Part shown: positions 12,242 through 25,775 of the stretch, in pieces
Position numbering within the stretch: the first letter of the stretch is position 1
Layout of the letters: every line of letters starts with the position of its first letter
Assembly (NCBI GenBank): GCA_964247055.1
Contig: OZ176052.1
Span: 3,658,001-3,722,000, forward strand
Reading direction: 5' to 3'
Origin: Paragordius varius
Lineage: Eukaryota > Animalia > Nematomorpha
DNA length: 64,000 nucleotides
Notes under the pieces: generated by a model
Seen by the model: the letters and a program-made list of their open reading frames with translations, nothing else
Database searches by the model: none
What the model was told of the DNA's origin: nothing
Made by a program: the position numbers and the translations under genes

Positions 12242-13397
12242 CAGGGGTGTTGTTTAACAGGTGGTTCCGATGACACTTGTGGCTTTTCTAAATATTTGAG
12301 TCGCTCTTTAAAAAAATTTGAAAAAATCTTTTGCTAAAAGTTTAATTGAGTGGCGATGTTAAAAAATTTTAAAAGTAAAAATTTTAAATTGATTTGCATA
12401 AAAAATTTTATATTTTTTATTATTATGACATTCATTTAATGATTTATTTCCTTTACAATCTGGAAATCTTTTGAATACTTGCCACTGGTAAACTTTTGGT
12501 ATTATTTAGTGAAAGAGCCATATTTCTGAAAACCACGGTCCCACTTTTAATATAGTAATACCTATATTATTGGAGTTAGTTACGTATTCGAAAATATCTA
12601 CAATTGGTAAATGTTTTTTTATTTATTTAGTGAAACATTCTAAAAACCACAGCCTCATTTGTTTACCCATATTAATGGCGTTATAAATTACTTATTCGAA
12701 AATATTTGCAATTGGTAAATGTTTTTTATTTACTTTTCTAACCACATATTTCATTGTAAAAGGAATATGGTAATCTAGGTGAAACAAGCAATGCATTATT
12801 AATATTGATTTATTAAGACGTCGCATATATTTTAATTCAATTATAAAAAATTCCTCGGTAGCCCATACATATATTTATAAAATATTCCTTAGTATATTCA
12901 AAAATTGTATGGTAAACACAGTTCAGCAGGAATTTAAGTGGGATTTCATGTTTAGTGAAAAAATTGACCAATTTTTCGAATAGAATTTATTGTGATATAT
13001 TATATATGTGCTTTCATCAATGGCAGATACATTTAAAAGACCGATTGTCTATGCATTTCATTTTTTGTTTTTACAGATATTAGTACAATTTAACAGAAAA
13101 TTTAGCAATATTATAATATTTTTACCAGTTATCTTGTTATTTATATGAAAAATCTATATATGTTTATATATAAATTTTCCACCTAAGAATTTTTAATAAT
13201 TTTTTTTATGATTATGCGCCCTCTTTATAAAAATTTTTCTAAAAAATGTTTTTCTTTAAAAATATGCAACGAATGCCAATTTGTAATATATCATTCGAAG
13301 GAACAATGAAAACTCTATAAAATGCATACTATGTGGCTATTCGGATTTTTGAGGTCGAAAATGTGGCTCTTCCAGTCATATGTGTTGGACACCCCTG
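12242..13397. mobile_element. Non-autonomous hAT (Charlie/Buster-type) element
   Basis: Ends CAGGGGTGT ... ACACCCCTG, with a perfect 8-bp target-site duplication TTCTAGAG (12234-12241 and 13398-13405). This fits the NTCTAGAN preference known for Charlie/Buster hATs. No transposase ORF. Confidence 0.85.
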
Positions 13398-14509
13398 TTC
13401 TAGAGTCTCTGAATCGGATAGCCAAAACACGATAGAACGAAACAGGTGTTAAAATCAATTTATCAAAAATTTAATGGTAGCTTCTAATAGCAATGCGCTA
13501 AAATATTCCGTTTCAGTCACGAAATTCGACACAATTACCGAATGATAAATATAGGTCTTTAATTTTTAATGACCTCAACTTGTGTGTGTTTCGTTTAATG
13601 TCACTTAACAAAATGAGGTGTGTATAAAATTAATCGACTGCTTACTTTTCTTTGACGTCTTCTACCAGGCCGGTAAAAACTTACATCTGATATATGTAAT
13701 ATTTTATTTATTTTGCAAATTTATATATGATGATAACTATATGTCACAGTTAGTATGAATCACATTAAAAAAATAACAGTTGATTAAATAAATATAAAAT
13801 GACCAAAAAATATATTTATAAAAATAAATGATATATAATATACAAAATTTTTGTAAATGCACCATTTTCGAATTGTATACATGCAAGACATAATTATTTT
13901 AAATGCTATTTATATGAATGATACGGTCAAAAGCCATATATTATTGGTTATAAGGGTTAATCAATCAGTGAAAGTGAATAAAATTTTAATATTATGAATC
14001 ATTTTCACTTAATACATTTAATTTTCACCGATTAAAAGACGCCTATAACTAATATTATGGCTATTTACTGTAAAAGAAAATCAATAAAAATTTTAATTGA
14101 ATAGATATAATTGATTGCATAATTGCACATTTTTATGTAAATATATTGATAAAAATTGTCTGTATATTAAATTTATTAATATATTGAAAATACCAATTTT
14201 GATTATTAAAGTAGTTCATTTCTTAAAAAATTTCTAAATTTGTGCCTAAATTGAAAGTATAAAAATATTTTAAAAATAATTTTAAAAATCTAAATACCGC
14301 TATAGTGTTACAAAACTATGTGTCCCCTTAGTGTATCTTCGTTAATCATCATTACGTCATTTAGTTGTTATTGATGTGAATTTGATTTATTTTCATGCAT
14401 GCCCATTTGTATTAAACTTTAAGTTAACTCCTTTAATATGGTTTATTGAAGAGGTTGTCCTTCCTAAAAGGAACGTCTCTTGAATTAAATAACTCTTTTA
14501 ATTTGTTTG

Positions 14510-17500
14510 TCATTTAACATTTTTATTGTAATTTAGACTATTTAAATAATAACTGGTCCCAATCAATAAATGCAATTTTTCCCAAAATAAATCTTCACAC
14601 CAATGTAAACACGGGTGTCTGATAAAAATATCAGCCAATTCCGAATATGTAGAAACACAAGTTATGTTTTTGAGTGTGCTACTATTATAATTAAAATTTC
14701 CAAAATTATTTTTATAATCATTATCTCTACTGACAATATTATTATTGTATAAGGAATATGTTTGTCGTTTTCTATTTGCCAAATTTAAAGGAGAATTTGA
14801 AATAGATGATGATTTAATTGGGGACCATATGATTATAATAACGCGATTAGCAGAATTAAAGAGGGATTTCGGCACGCATTTATCTTGTGCCCATGTGATT
14901 GCAAATAAATCTAATATCTGGATATTAGATTTATACAAATAAAATCAAAAATGTTAAATTGTGAATAATAATTTTATATATGGTAAAAAAATAAAAATAA
15001 TTACCTCTTTAATATCCTGACGAGGAATATCAATTTGGTTGGGAAATTCAGGGCAGTTTTTTCCAGCTAATTGGTTTAGTTCAACCCAAGAATCTGCAGA
15101 GATTACAAATAAAATTTTTCGACTGCCTCTAACATCTTCCATAATAATTTCACTCAAAAACATATCTCGGCTATAAGAATTGCATATATGAAGTGGATTT
15201 GATCTGATGCCTATGTATTGTAAAATGTAAAAAAATTGGGATTGGATTCATATTAATAACTAATGATTAATTATATAGCTTGTAAAACTAATAATCTTTT
15301 AAACTTTAAAATGGTCTAATGTAATATGCCACAATATATTAATTAGAATAAATTAAAACAAATCTTGGTACGAAACTATGAGTATGATTTCTCTTGATTA
15401 GACAACTCTATATAGATTTATATAGATCAAACTGCTAAAGGAAACATGCTTGTTAAGTTTTCGTCAAAAAGATATTTAATAACTTATTTTTATTTGATTC
15501 TTTACCGTCTGCTTTTTTAACCAAAGTCAACACTATTTTAAATTTTAACCATTTATATTTACAAACCACGAATTTGGTCGCCCGTGAGAAAACTTATAAA
15601 TATAGACCATCATCATCTTTCGAATTCATGGTGTATAAGTTGAAGCTTTTTTACTTTTACATGCCCTTGAAAACTATGCGATATAGATGTTCAGAATATC
15701 TTAAACTGGGCTGCTCTTTCAGCAAAGGTACCCAGCTTACTCTAAGGGAACGCGCAGTGGAAAAATCATATAATTCATTTTATATTCAGGTAATTATAAT
15801 ACTATTTTACAAAAAATTACAGTCTGGGTAATCAGGCTGTTCGAATAATAAATTTTTAATCATGGGTATATTTTATAAAATCATGAACCGACGCATTTAA
15901 TCAATACCTTTTAAATGTTTATCAGTGTATTTATGCTCAAGCAATCCGCTGGTATTATGGTCAGCAGCTGTTTTGGTTAAGATTGGACACAAAGTTTTGT
16001 GAATGAATGATTGTTGATCTGGACTTCCATCATAACTTACAAACACGTCATAAGTGAACAACGAATACGCCTCTATTATAAATTAAAATCACATGTAAAA
16101 TCGAAAAAGATTTAATTCCTTTTTTATAAAACCCTTTTTACCACTTTGTAAAATAAAATTTTGCTAAGTTAATACCATTCTGGAAAACAGATTATTTCGT
16201 TTAAAATTATATAAAAATATATAAACATCAAAAAAACATATTCCCACAAAAGGTTTTTTGTATTTTTATACTGACCAATAATAGTTCACAAAAAAAGTAG
16301 TGTTTTGATAACAATCATTAAAATTAGATTTTCCAAAAAAAACAATCGATATCGACTTATAACCATTTTGCAAAATAATAGAAATAAACCAGGAAGGGAA
16401 CATATTTTTTTAGAATTAACTTTTTGAAATCTTGGGACCAAAACCATCTTTTTATCCCATAACCGATAACGGAAATATTAAGCACCTTCACATGTGGAAT
16501 CCAAACAGCTGACAAGGTGCTGATTATCGGATGTTTTGAAAAAAGTTTCATTAATTCTATCATCGGCCATTGCACCCTCGATCGAATCATACGTGTTAGA
16601 GTTTGTTGAAGCAGCTGATGAGGAGCCATCTGGTGAATAAACAACATCTGGTAGAGGGCGAGAATGGACATTTATTTGGCCTAATAGAGGATATCTGCCT
16701 TTGAGTAGTTTTTTCATTTCATTTTTATGGGGGGTGGTATTATTAATTTTCTTGCCATTGTTTTTATTTGAATTGGTTTTTTTACGTCGTTTGGAAATCC
16801 AAAAAGCTAAAATGGCAAAAAGGACAAAAACAGCCGCAAAAGCCATACTTGTACCTATTATCACAGGTTTAAATAACCACTGATGCCCATTATTTTGGTT
16901 AAAATTCATAACACTATTATTTGTTGATAAGCTCATATTTATTATATCGAATTCGGTTTCATTAGCAAAAGGTAATGGCACAGTTGTTTTGTCAAGATTT
17001 ATAGTGCCATCAACTGTTTTATTTAGCTCATTTTTAGGAATGTTATTGGCTATTGACGTCAAATTATTTGACTGGAAATATGAAGTTGTTTCATTATTTC
17101 GGATAAATTTTATGTTAGAATCTTTAGAATCAGGTTTAAGTATTGTAGGATCATTGTGAAACAAGTCAATTGAATACCGATCTATATATTCGGCAGAAAT
17201 AGAAGTTATATCATAATTAGTGTTAGTATTGTGACTGTATTTAGTTTGACACATTTTATCAATTGTTTCCGATCCTGCTTTTAATATTTCCCTAATATTT
17301 TTTGAGTTTTGAGCGGGTAAGGGAGAAAATATTTCGTTTTTTAAGTCTATTAAGTTGTATTTTGATATTTTCGATTCTGAATTCAAAGTTATTAGAGTTT
17401 GGGGGAATATTGTTGAATGAAATGCTTGAAGAAGTAAAAAATCCGAAGTTGGTGCTTTTAGTAATAATGATGATTCGTGTTTAGGCACCCTGTAAATGCA

Positions 17501-20500
17501 TGTTAAATCCGAAAACAAATCATTGTTTTTGATATTTAATTTAGAAGTAGATTTTTCGTTTAGTCGAAATAAATATTGCCAAAAACATATATCTGTACAA
17601 TTAAATCGGTTTCCAGCCAAATAAAATTTAAGGGGCTCATCGGTATCAGATGGCATTTTATCTATCATATTTTTTAATATTCTAGCATCTAAATGAGTCA
17701 TTCCATTATAACTGACATCAAAATGTGTGATAGACTGTAGCACATTCGATCTTGTGAAAACAGATGATCGTAATTCAGTTATTTGGTTGAGACTTAAATT
17801 TAACGAATTAATTTGTTCAGTTTTGATAAACATGGAATCCGGAAGTTGAGTCAGCTGATTACAGCTCAAATCTAGGGTTTGAAGTGATATAAGACGTGAT
17901 AGCGCTTTAGGCTCTATAGTAGATATTCCACTACCATTTAAGTACAGATGTTTTAAATAAGACAATGGGAAGAAAGCATAATTGCGTAACCTTATAAGGG
18001 GCCTTTCGTTCCTAATAAAAACATGATTATCATAGTTGGTTGTATTATCGTTTTCATGGATTACAACAGGGTTACTTTTGTTAGATACGTTATCAGAAAT
18101 AGTTGTAGATTTGTTTTTATAATTGTATAAATCGCTACTGTGTTTTTGACTAATGCCATCTATATATAATGCATTTATATCAACACCGTCCCACCAAAGC
18201 TCATTTGTAAATCGAGGCAAATTTTCTGGAACTTTATAAAATTCTGGTGGAATACCTTCCATTGACCAAATAACATTATCCATTTTTTGACTATTTTCTA
18301 AAGTAGATGTCAGATGTTGTGAAAGTGTTGATTTTGACAAGTGTGATGTAAATGTCGTTTCGGATGACTTTAATGTGTTATCATTATTTTGGCTTTCAGC
18401 CGTTGTTATTTTATCTATTTTAATTCCAATATCAGTCGCCTCTTCGACAATATTATGATTTTCGGAATTTTTACTTTTGTTAACTACAGTCTTTTCAGGC
18501 CTCACAACGTGGTTAAAAAATTGTTTTGGCGTAGTTTCTTTTTTCGCGGGAGTACTGTTGGATATTTCTTCGGGATATTGTCCAGAATGTTCTTTTTGTT
18601 TGCTTTCATGACTTTTTTCACTTATATTTTGCCATTCATTCCCCACCAATGAATCATTCGTATTCAAAGGAGGTGGTATGTAACGAGGTCCACACTTTAG
18701 CACAGTATGTGCCCAAAATGCGTCTCGAAAACATATACAACCAGGCGGACAAACATATTTGCAATCACAATAAAAGAAGGTGCAACATTGGCACAATGGG
18801 GCACAATACTCTTCGTAAGGGCATAGAAAGTGAGCACCCGATAAAGGGATTAGCTGTTCACGCTTTACCACACGAAGGTAAGTCTGCCAATCAGCTGTTT
18901 TTCTTTGTTTAGCTCTATCATCCCATATGAGCTCGTCAGATTGCGTGGCGTTTCGTCTGCTCGTAATCATCGTCTGCATTTTAGCACTTTTATCTAAGAA
19001 ACATAAACAATGAATTAGGCATATTTTTTGGCTGTTATAATTTATATTTAATATCAGAGACTATAACAAAACCAAAAATCTATCAAAGTGAGGAGTTTTA
19101 CTCTGGCCGTTATTATAATTATATTTTAATGCAAAAACTTAAACCATTTTTTAGCCATCTTTTAAATATAGTCCGTTATTTTAATCCCACAGTATGCGTT
19201 TTAAATAAAATTAAAAGAAAAAAATTGTTTTTTATTAATACAGTGTAATGGTTAATCTGAGCATAGTGACTATTCGTATTGATGAATATTAATTTAATAT
19301 AATAAATATAAAAGAAAATTATTTAGCTGGAAATCCTAAATGGACAAAAGATGGAGCTTCATGAATTAAATTATCGGTAAAAATAAATATTTAATCATAT
19401 ATATTGTTTGAGTAACGACGAATGTTATAATAAATCGTGGGCATGTCGTGAATAATTAAGAAAAAACTTTTTTTATAAGAAATCCTAATATATTTTAGGG
19501 TATATAACGGGGAATTCCGTAATATACCATTTCATACAATTTAATATTAACACATGTGTTAATGGTTTACTAATGTTTTAAGTAAGAGATATCTTAATAT
19601 TTTCTCTATGCTTATAAATTATCATAGATAAATAGATGGTTAAAAATTGTGCTTCTCCGATAAAATGTTTTTTAAATTTTAGAAACGTTCGTTATTTTTT
19701 TAAATGATAAAAACCGAGAAAATGAGAACCGGTACCGGTTCTAAATCACAGCCTTACGCGTTTCAAATTGTATAATGTATAGTAACTAGGGTTGTGCTGA
19801 CCAAATCATGACCCGGTCAATTGACCGATTCATGACTAGGTCAGTGACTATTTATTTTTTGACCATGGTCATTTAAAAAAACAGCTGTTTTTTTGAAAAA
19901 TTGCTGGTAATTTTTTTTTGAATAGAGATGGTATATTTTATTGTTTGTATTTAAAAAATATAAATTAAATATTTAAAAATGCTTAATTAACAATATATTA
20001 AATGTTAAACATGCAACCTTATAACATTAACATTTAAGCATATCCAGTTATTTCGAAAAACAAAACAATCATGCACTTTGCAAACTATGCAATTATTCCA
20101 TATATGTAAACCAATAAAATAAAAATCATCCTATAATTGGATATTTCAATGATGAAAGAAAGCGTAAAACAAACTCGGTAAAATTTGGTTGAATTACACT
20201 GGACAACAAATTTTTCTGCCATTCGAATTTTTTGAATTTTCTGATATTTAGTATCATTTTAACAGAAAATCTGAAATAAAAATTATAACTCGTTGGAAGA
20301 ATTTTGTATAATTTGATTTTTTTGATTATGCGCCCTCTTTATCAAAATTTTACTAAAAAATATTTTTCTTTCAAAATATACAAGTAATGCCCATTTGTAA
20401 TATATCATTCGAAAGAGTAATAAAAACTCTATAAAATGCATACTAATATGTATTACATCGACACTTAATATTGGACACAAAGAGCGAACGCGCGAAGCGA

Positions 20501-22794
20501 GAACATTTTTTTTAATTATTATATTTTTAAAACTAATGGATGAAAATAGCTCAAACTTTGTTTAGATGGTGATGAATGTCCAAAAAAGACAACACAAGAA
20601 AGTTTTTTTGATTAAAACATTTTTTTATTGCTTTTTTGTCACTCAACACAGCCATTTTTAGGTTTTTTGTTTTTTAAAAACTACCATCTCATCAATATTA
20701 ATTTATTTTCTTTATAATGCTGATAATTTCGAAATTTTAAAGATAAAAACAAAGTTTAAGGTATTTTTGATCTTTTATAGCCATTATGGAATAAATTTAC
20801 AGTTATAACTATGCATTTTAGTATCCACTAGGTAAAATATTTATGATAATAATAATTTTTATTAAAAAAGCAAGCCAAAAGCTTTTTCAAACGTAAATTA
20901 AATACTAATTAATAATTATATTAAAATAATTTATATGATTTTCAAATTAGTTTGTCTGTGAAAATTCTTGTCTTATTTAAGGATTAAAAATTTCGACCAT
21001 TTAAATCCAAATAACTTTTACATCCGATTGATTTAAATGACTTACTACCATTTAAAAGATGCAGTATTTTGCGCTCTTTCGAATGATATAAAATACATGG
21101 CTTCATATCTAAAACTTTTAATTTTCGAAATTTCGAGTTTAATGTTAAATCGGGGCCAAAAATTATCGATAAACTCTAATATAAAAAAATTCTTCCATGC
21201 TAGACCAATTTTCTTTTCAGATATACTAATTATGTACTTAAATGAAACAAATTTTAAATTTACAAGAATGGCAGTTAAAAAAAGTTAAAATTTGTTGTCT
21301 AGTGTTATTCAGTATTAAAATCTATGTATTTGAAGATTCAGAACACAAACGTGTGCAAAATTTATTTGAATACAAAATTCTTGATCAAATTCGATTTTAA
21401 ATATTTGTAAATAATAAATATCAAAAAATGTATAATACTAACTATTAAGAAAAAACATGAAATTATTTTAGTGAAACGCAAATGTAGTTCGAACGTTATT
21501 TTCACAATCCAATATCGCATGATATTTATTTAGGTAAAAAGTGGTCATGACCATGGTCTGACTGGGTCTGACCGGACTTTTTTGAAAAAGCAGTCAAATG
21601 CACAACCCGAATAGTAACCAGGAATCAATTTGGTATACTGTACTCTTTTAATTTTTAAAATCTAAGGTATTTTTTGCATTCATTTAGTAACTATTCATTC
21701 TGAAATCTTATGCACGTATACATTTGCCAAAATCTGAAGTATTAAAAAATAATTTTATTACCAGATGGTTGTTCAACCATAAGTTGATATTCTACGGTAG
21801 TTTTGGAGGCATCTAAGCAGTGAACCTCCTGTTCATCCAAAAGCTTTAACTGAATAATTACAGACATGTTTGGATCATCAACGGTTTTATTTCCCGTATT
21901 TATCGAATAATGAAACTTTGTACGCTGAAACCAATGGCCCCAATCATTTTCACAATCACAAATGATTGGATTTCCGCGAAAATAAATCCCCGCCATTAAT
22001 GACAGCTGATTCATTTTACGGGAATTATCATGGGACTGAACTATTTTATGCGGCGACTGAGCAAAATTAATGTATCGTACATTACTACTGCTACTAGTAT
22101 CAATATGATTAGGTATACGTTTAATATTATTGTATGAAAAATCAATCCAAAAATGGATTGAACGATTTAAATTATCAGTATAATGTTTTTGTGTTTGGTT
22201 AACAAAGGCATCAGAGTCAATCGTCTGCAACAGCTGATTATTGGTAGTTAAGAAAGTTTTAAGAAGTATATCTAAATGATCCAATGTATGGATTGCATTA
22301 TGGCTTAGATTTAGACCTAACCGGGGTTTAATGTTCCGAAACTTATCATATGTTTTAGTGATATTATGCCAATCATATGGTATTGTGATTGAATCAGCTA
22401 TTTTATTATGATCAACAGATAATGTAGATTGACTATATTGAGTCAAATTGTGATAGTATGTTTTGATATAGTTTATGGTGTTATTTTTGCTAAATTCACT
22501 AAAATTATTTGAGGACTGAAAATTAATTTCGATGTTTTTTAACGTTTCTATCGACCTGTGGGATAAATCTATCATTGTTGGTTTTATTCGTAGGTTAATA
22601 TTATGATAATCTGCTTTTGTCAAATCCTAGGATAGGATCATTCTCCAAAGTTGTAAAATGAATGATATTTATAATTTATCATATTTTCTTTTCATTACAT
22701 TACGAAGCAATTGAGTTTTCGAGAAGGTAAAAGTTGAGCAATTAATTCCAATTTAAGTTTTTTTTCAAGCAAACAACAAATAAAACATTGTGGT
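14510..22794 (-). CDS. Toll-like receptor, multiple-cysteine-cluster (protostome Toll) type: LRRs, Cys cluster, LRRs, TM, TIR; 5' end unresolved
   Basis: Exons 22794-22704, 22626-21762, 18993-16486, 16072-15908, 15210-15005 and 14917-14510, all GT-AG and phase-consistent. Degenerate LRRs and a GNPIICDC cap, then the CPYEEYCAPLCQCCTFFYCDCKYVCPPGCIC cluster (~18690-18826). A second LRR block (LKHLYLNGSGI, LQTLDLSCNQL) ends in a GNRFNC cap. TM segment VIIGTSMAFAAVFVLFAILAFWI is followed by KRRKK. TIR motifs YDVFVSY, SRKILFVIS and LHW..LFWEKL are present. Confidence 0.88.
19787..21610. mobile_element. Non-autonomous hAT element in a TLR intron, carrying a nested MITE
   Basis: Ends TAGGGTTGTGC ... 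GCACAACCCGA, with a perfect 8-bp TSD ATAGTAAC (19779-19786 and 21611-21618). Clustered TGACC/GGTCA subterminal motifs occur at both ends. Confidence 0.85.
20197..21304. mobile_element. ~1.1-kb Tc1/mariner-type non-autonomous element (family B), nested in the hAT
   Basis: TIRs CACTGGACAACAAATTT / AAATTTGTTGTCTAGTG, with TA on the left and TT on the right. A second copy lies in the opposite orientation at 42226-43288. Confidence 0.8.
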
Positions 22795-25526
22795 CTATAA
22801 ACCGTAAAAAATAGTTATTATATTCTAATAATCAATATTGACGTGCATTTTAAAAAATTTATAAATCATACATATACTGTTAAAATTTTCTAATCTATCC
22901 TCTTGTATGAAATCAATTAAAAACCTAATATAAAATGACATAATAAGAAAATTAAATAAAAATGATTAAATCAATATTATATCTGTATTTCCATTTTTTA
23001 AAAAAATATTACATACTTATCGGATTTTCACAAAAATAAAAACACATAAAAAAATTCAAAAATTATAAATTAATATAAAAAATTTCACACTTACCTCAAA
23101 GTAATTTATTAGAATTTGAATTTTTTAAATTTTTTGTTAATTACAAAATAATTTAAAAATAATTTTTATTAAAAAAATAAATGATAAATTTTATACTAAA
23201 AGGATGATTATTAGAGATATTTGTATTTGTTATTATTTTTTGTTTGTATTTCTGATTTTTATAAAATAAATAAATAAAAAGCCAGCCAGCCTTTTATCTG
23301 TTTTTTTCATGATTTGAAAGTCCATTTGGTTTTTTTATATATGTAGTTAGTCTGTGAAAAGGAGAATAAAATATTTTATTAATTTTTTTTTACAAAATAA
23401 TACGTTTTTATAATTATAATAAAATATTTAATGTTAATAATTCATCTTATAATTAATGTTTTTAATAATTTTTTTTGTAAAAAAATTAATAAAATGTACA
23501 AAATATTTGGAATAAAACCAAACGGTTAGTAAATTTTAAAAAAATTAAAATATATTTACATAAAAGATAATGTATAAAAATATGCGGATGAACTCTTAAA
23601 GATGATTTCACATATGAAATTTTTAATTGTGTATTTACATTAGAAAATTTATGATTCATTTGATATTACTATTTCTATTTTTAATTGTTATATATTTACT
23701 CATTTTTTTAATAATTAAAAATATCATTTATAAAAATAAATGTTTATCCCAATTAAAATAAATATAGGTGAAATAGTATTAAACAGCTTTAATTTGTGTG
23801 ATTTTTAGTTTTATGTATATTAATTTGTCATGATTTTTGATTTCCGACAATTTGTATAGTATAGGTTTTTTTATATCTAAATCCATTTTCTATACCATAT
23901 TTTAGACCAGATTTAATCGACTTTTAATGTATATTAATCTTATAAAGCGAAATAATATTTAAAATTTGGGAAGGATAATAAAATATATTTTGTAAAAAAA
24001 CGTTTAAAAATATTTTATTAATTGGAATATGTTGTTAAAAGTGCGCTAGGATTAGAACCATTATAGTAAATAGTTTATTTGGAACCAAAAAACGATCTAA
24101 AATGGGTTCAGGAACCAAACGGTTCCAATTTATTTCCCTATTTCGATTTTTAATACAGTATTTAGTTTGTTTTTTATTTTTAGATTTTGTAGCAAAAAAA
24201 GTAGCACATAATTTGTTGTTATTAATATACTTTACATAATCATATTTAAGAATAATTATGGATATGAAGATATATATATATAACCCAAATTAGAGCCGTG
24301 CCGGAAATAAAAATGCCTATATTCCAATTCCTTATACGAAAATGCTTTTAGCTTACACCACTCTGTTTCAATTCGATTTAATCAACTTTGATTAAAACAA
24401 ATCACACATGCTAAAACGGAATTATCATGTTATTTCTGGCATATATTGTTAAAATAACTATATTGACATTACCTTAAAAACCCTTTTTTATCAAAGTTAC
24501 GGTTGAACTTTTCGGATATTTTTTTTATTCAAGAGGTAAGCAAAAAAACATACTTGTGGAAAATTAGGTTGCAGCGTGCGAATATGTTTGAATACGCTTC
24601 ATGACCTTTTCACATTTTTTCTGCAATGGGTAGTTTTATATCCAAGAAGTCAATATTGTAAATAAAATTTGTTTAGATTTAGTTACCAAACATTGTTCTC
24701 AGATAGAAAAGTTGTTATTTTTTTAGAGTTTTGTATCTAGAGTCTAAAATCGGAACATTTTTGAAGGATTCAACTAAACAGCCGATTTTAAAATCCATAA
24801 ATATGAAGCAAGTTTTTGCCATTAAATTCAACCAGAAAACTTATTAAAGTTAATTATTTATATTTTCTAACCATAATATGTTTTTATTTGCCTATTGTAT
24901 TACCGATTTTAAAAAATTTAAAGAAAAAAATGGCGGCGAAAAAGTTTGAGATGAGGATTTTTTTACAATTTAACATTTGAAAAAAAATGTGTATTATGCG
25001 CCTAAAAGACTAGAGAAAGCATATTTTTGATTTTGGCCACCTAAATATTTAAGTTCAAATTTCAATCGCTCTGAAAACTAAAGGTATTGATGTGTTAAAC
25101 ATTATATGAATATTTTTAGTTGATACAAAGTATTTTCTTGTGGGATTTTACTCTCCATGTGTCAAGCAAAACATTAACTTTACTCTTATTTTTTTTACTT
25201 TATGAAAATGCTCTATTAAAGAGTGCCTTGCCTTAAAAAAGCTGGAAATGGATTTATTTATTATAATGTTTGATATAATAAAATGCTAAAACAGTTGTTT
25301 TTCGATTCTCCAGATTGATTCATAGTTACAAGCCCGGTCGTCACCAGGTTACAAAACTAGGTAACAAAAGCTCGGAATGGTATAAGATCATTGGAATCCA
25401 AAGTATCGGAAAAAAATTGTCTTTAAAAATAAATATTTATAAAGTTTTAACCAGAACAGAAGATAATTAATTCCAAATTTATAAACAGCTTGCCGTTGAA
25501 AACCACCTTAGTCATGATCAAACATA

Positions 25527-25775
25527 CAGAAGCGTATCTTTCCGACGTGCTTGTATCCGTGATGGCCCCCTCAACCCTTGAATATTTAAAAAAATTATCA
25601 AATTCAACCCGTAAACATGATCATTCATAAATGTGTGATTTTTTATGTATTACTTAAAATAATAACTTTTAAATACCTTTTTGTGAAATAAAATTAAATT
25701 TTTTTAAAATCCTGATCCTTTTTAACTATGGGGTCTGGTGCATCAGGCTCTTTCCTCCCCCTACCTACGCCCCTG
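25527..25775. mobile_element. ~250-bp hAT-type MITE
   Basis: Ends CAGAAGCGTAT ... CTACGCCCCTG. The flanks CAAACATA and AAAACATA give a 7/8-matching 8-bp TSD. A truncated related copy begins CAGAGGCGTAG at ~26568. Confidence 0.6.

Noticed and set aside
15574-15831. Plus-strand ORF and GC-richer patch inside the TLR TIR intron
   Set aside because: No in-frame splice sites link it to either neighbouring exon, and it has no recognisable motif.
16357-18912. Several short ORFs overlapping the large TLR exon
   Set aside because: They are alternative-frame or antisense shadows of a 2.5-kb coding exon.
23094-23330. Coding first exon for the TLR ending at the AG|GTAAGT donor
   Set aside because: All three frames hit a stop shortly upstream of the donor and no suitable ATG is in frame. 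It is kept only as a possible non-coding exon.
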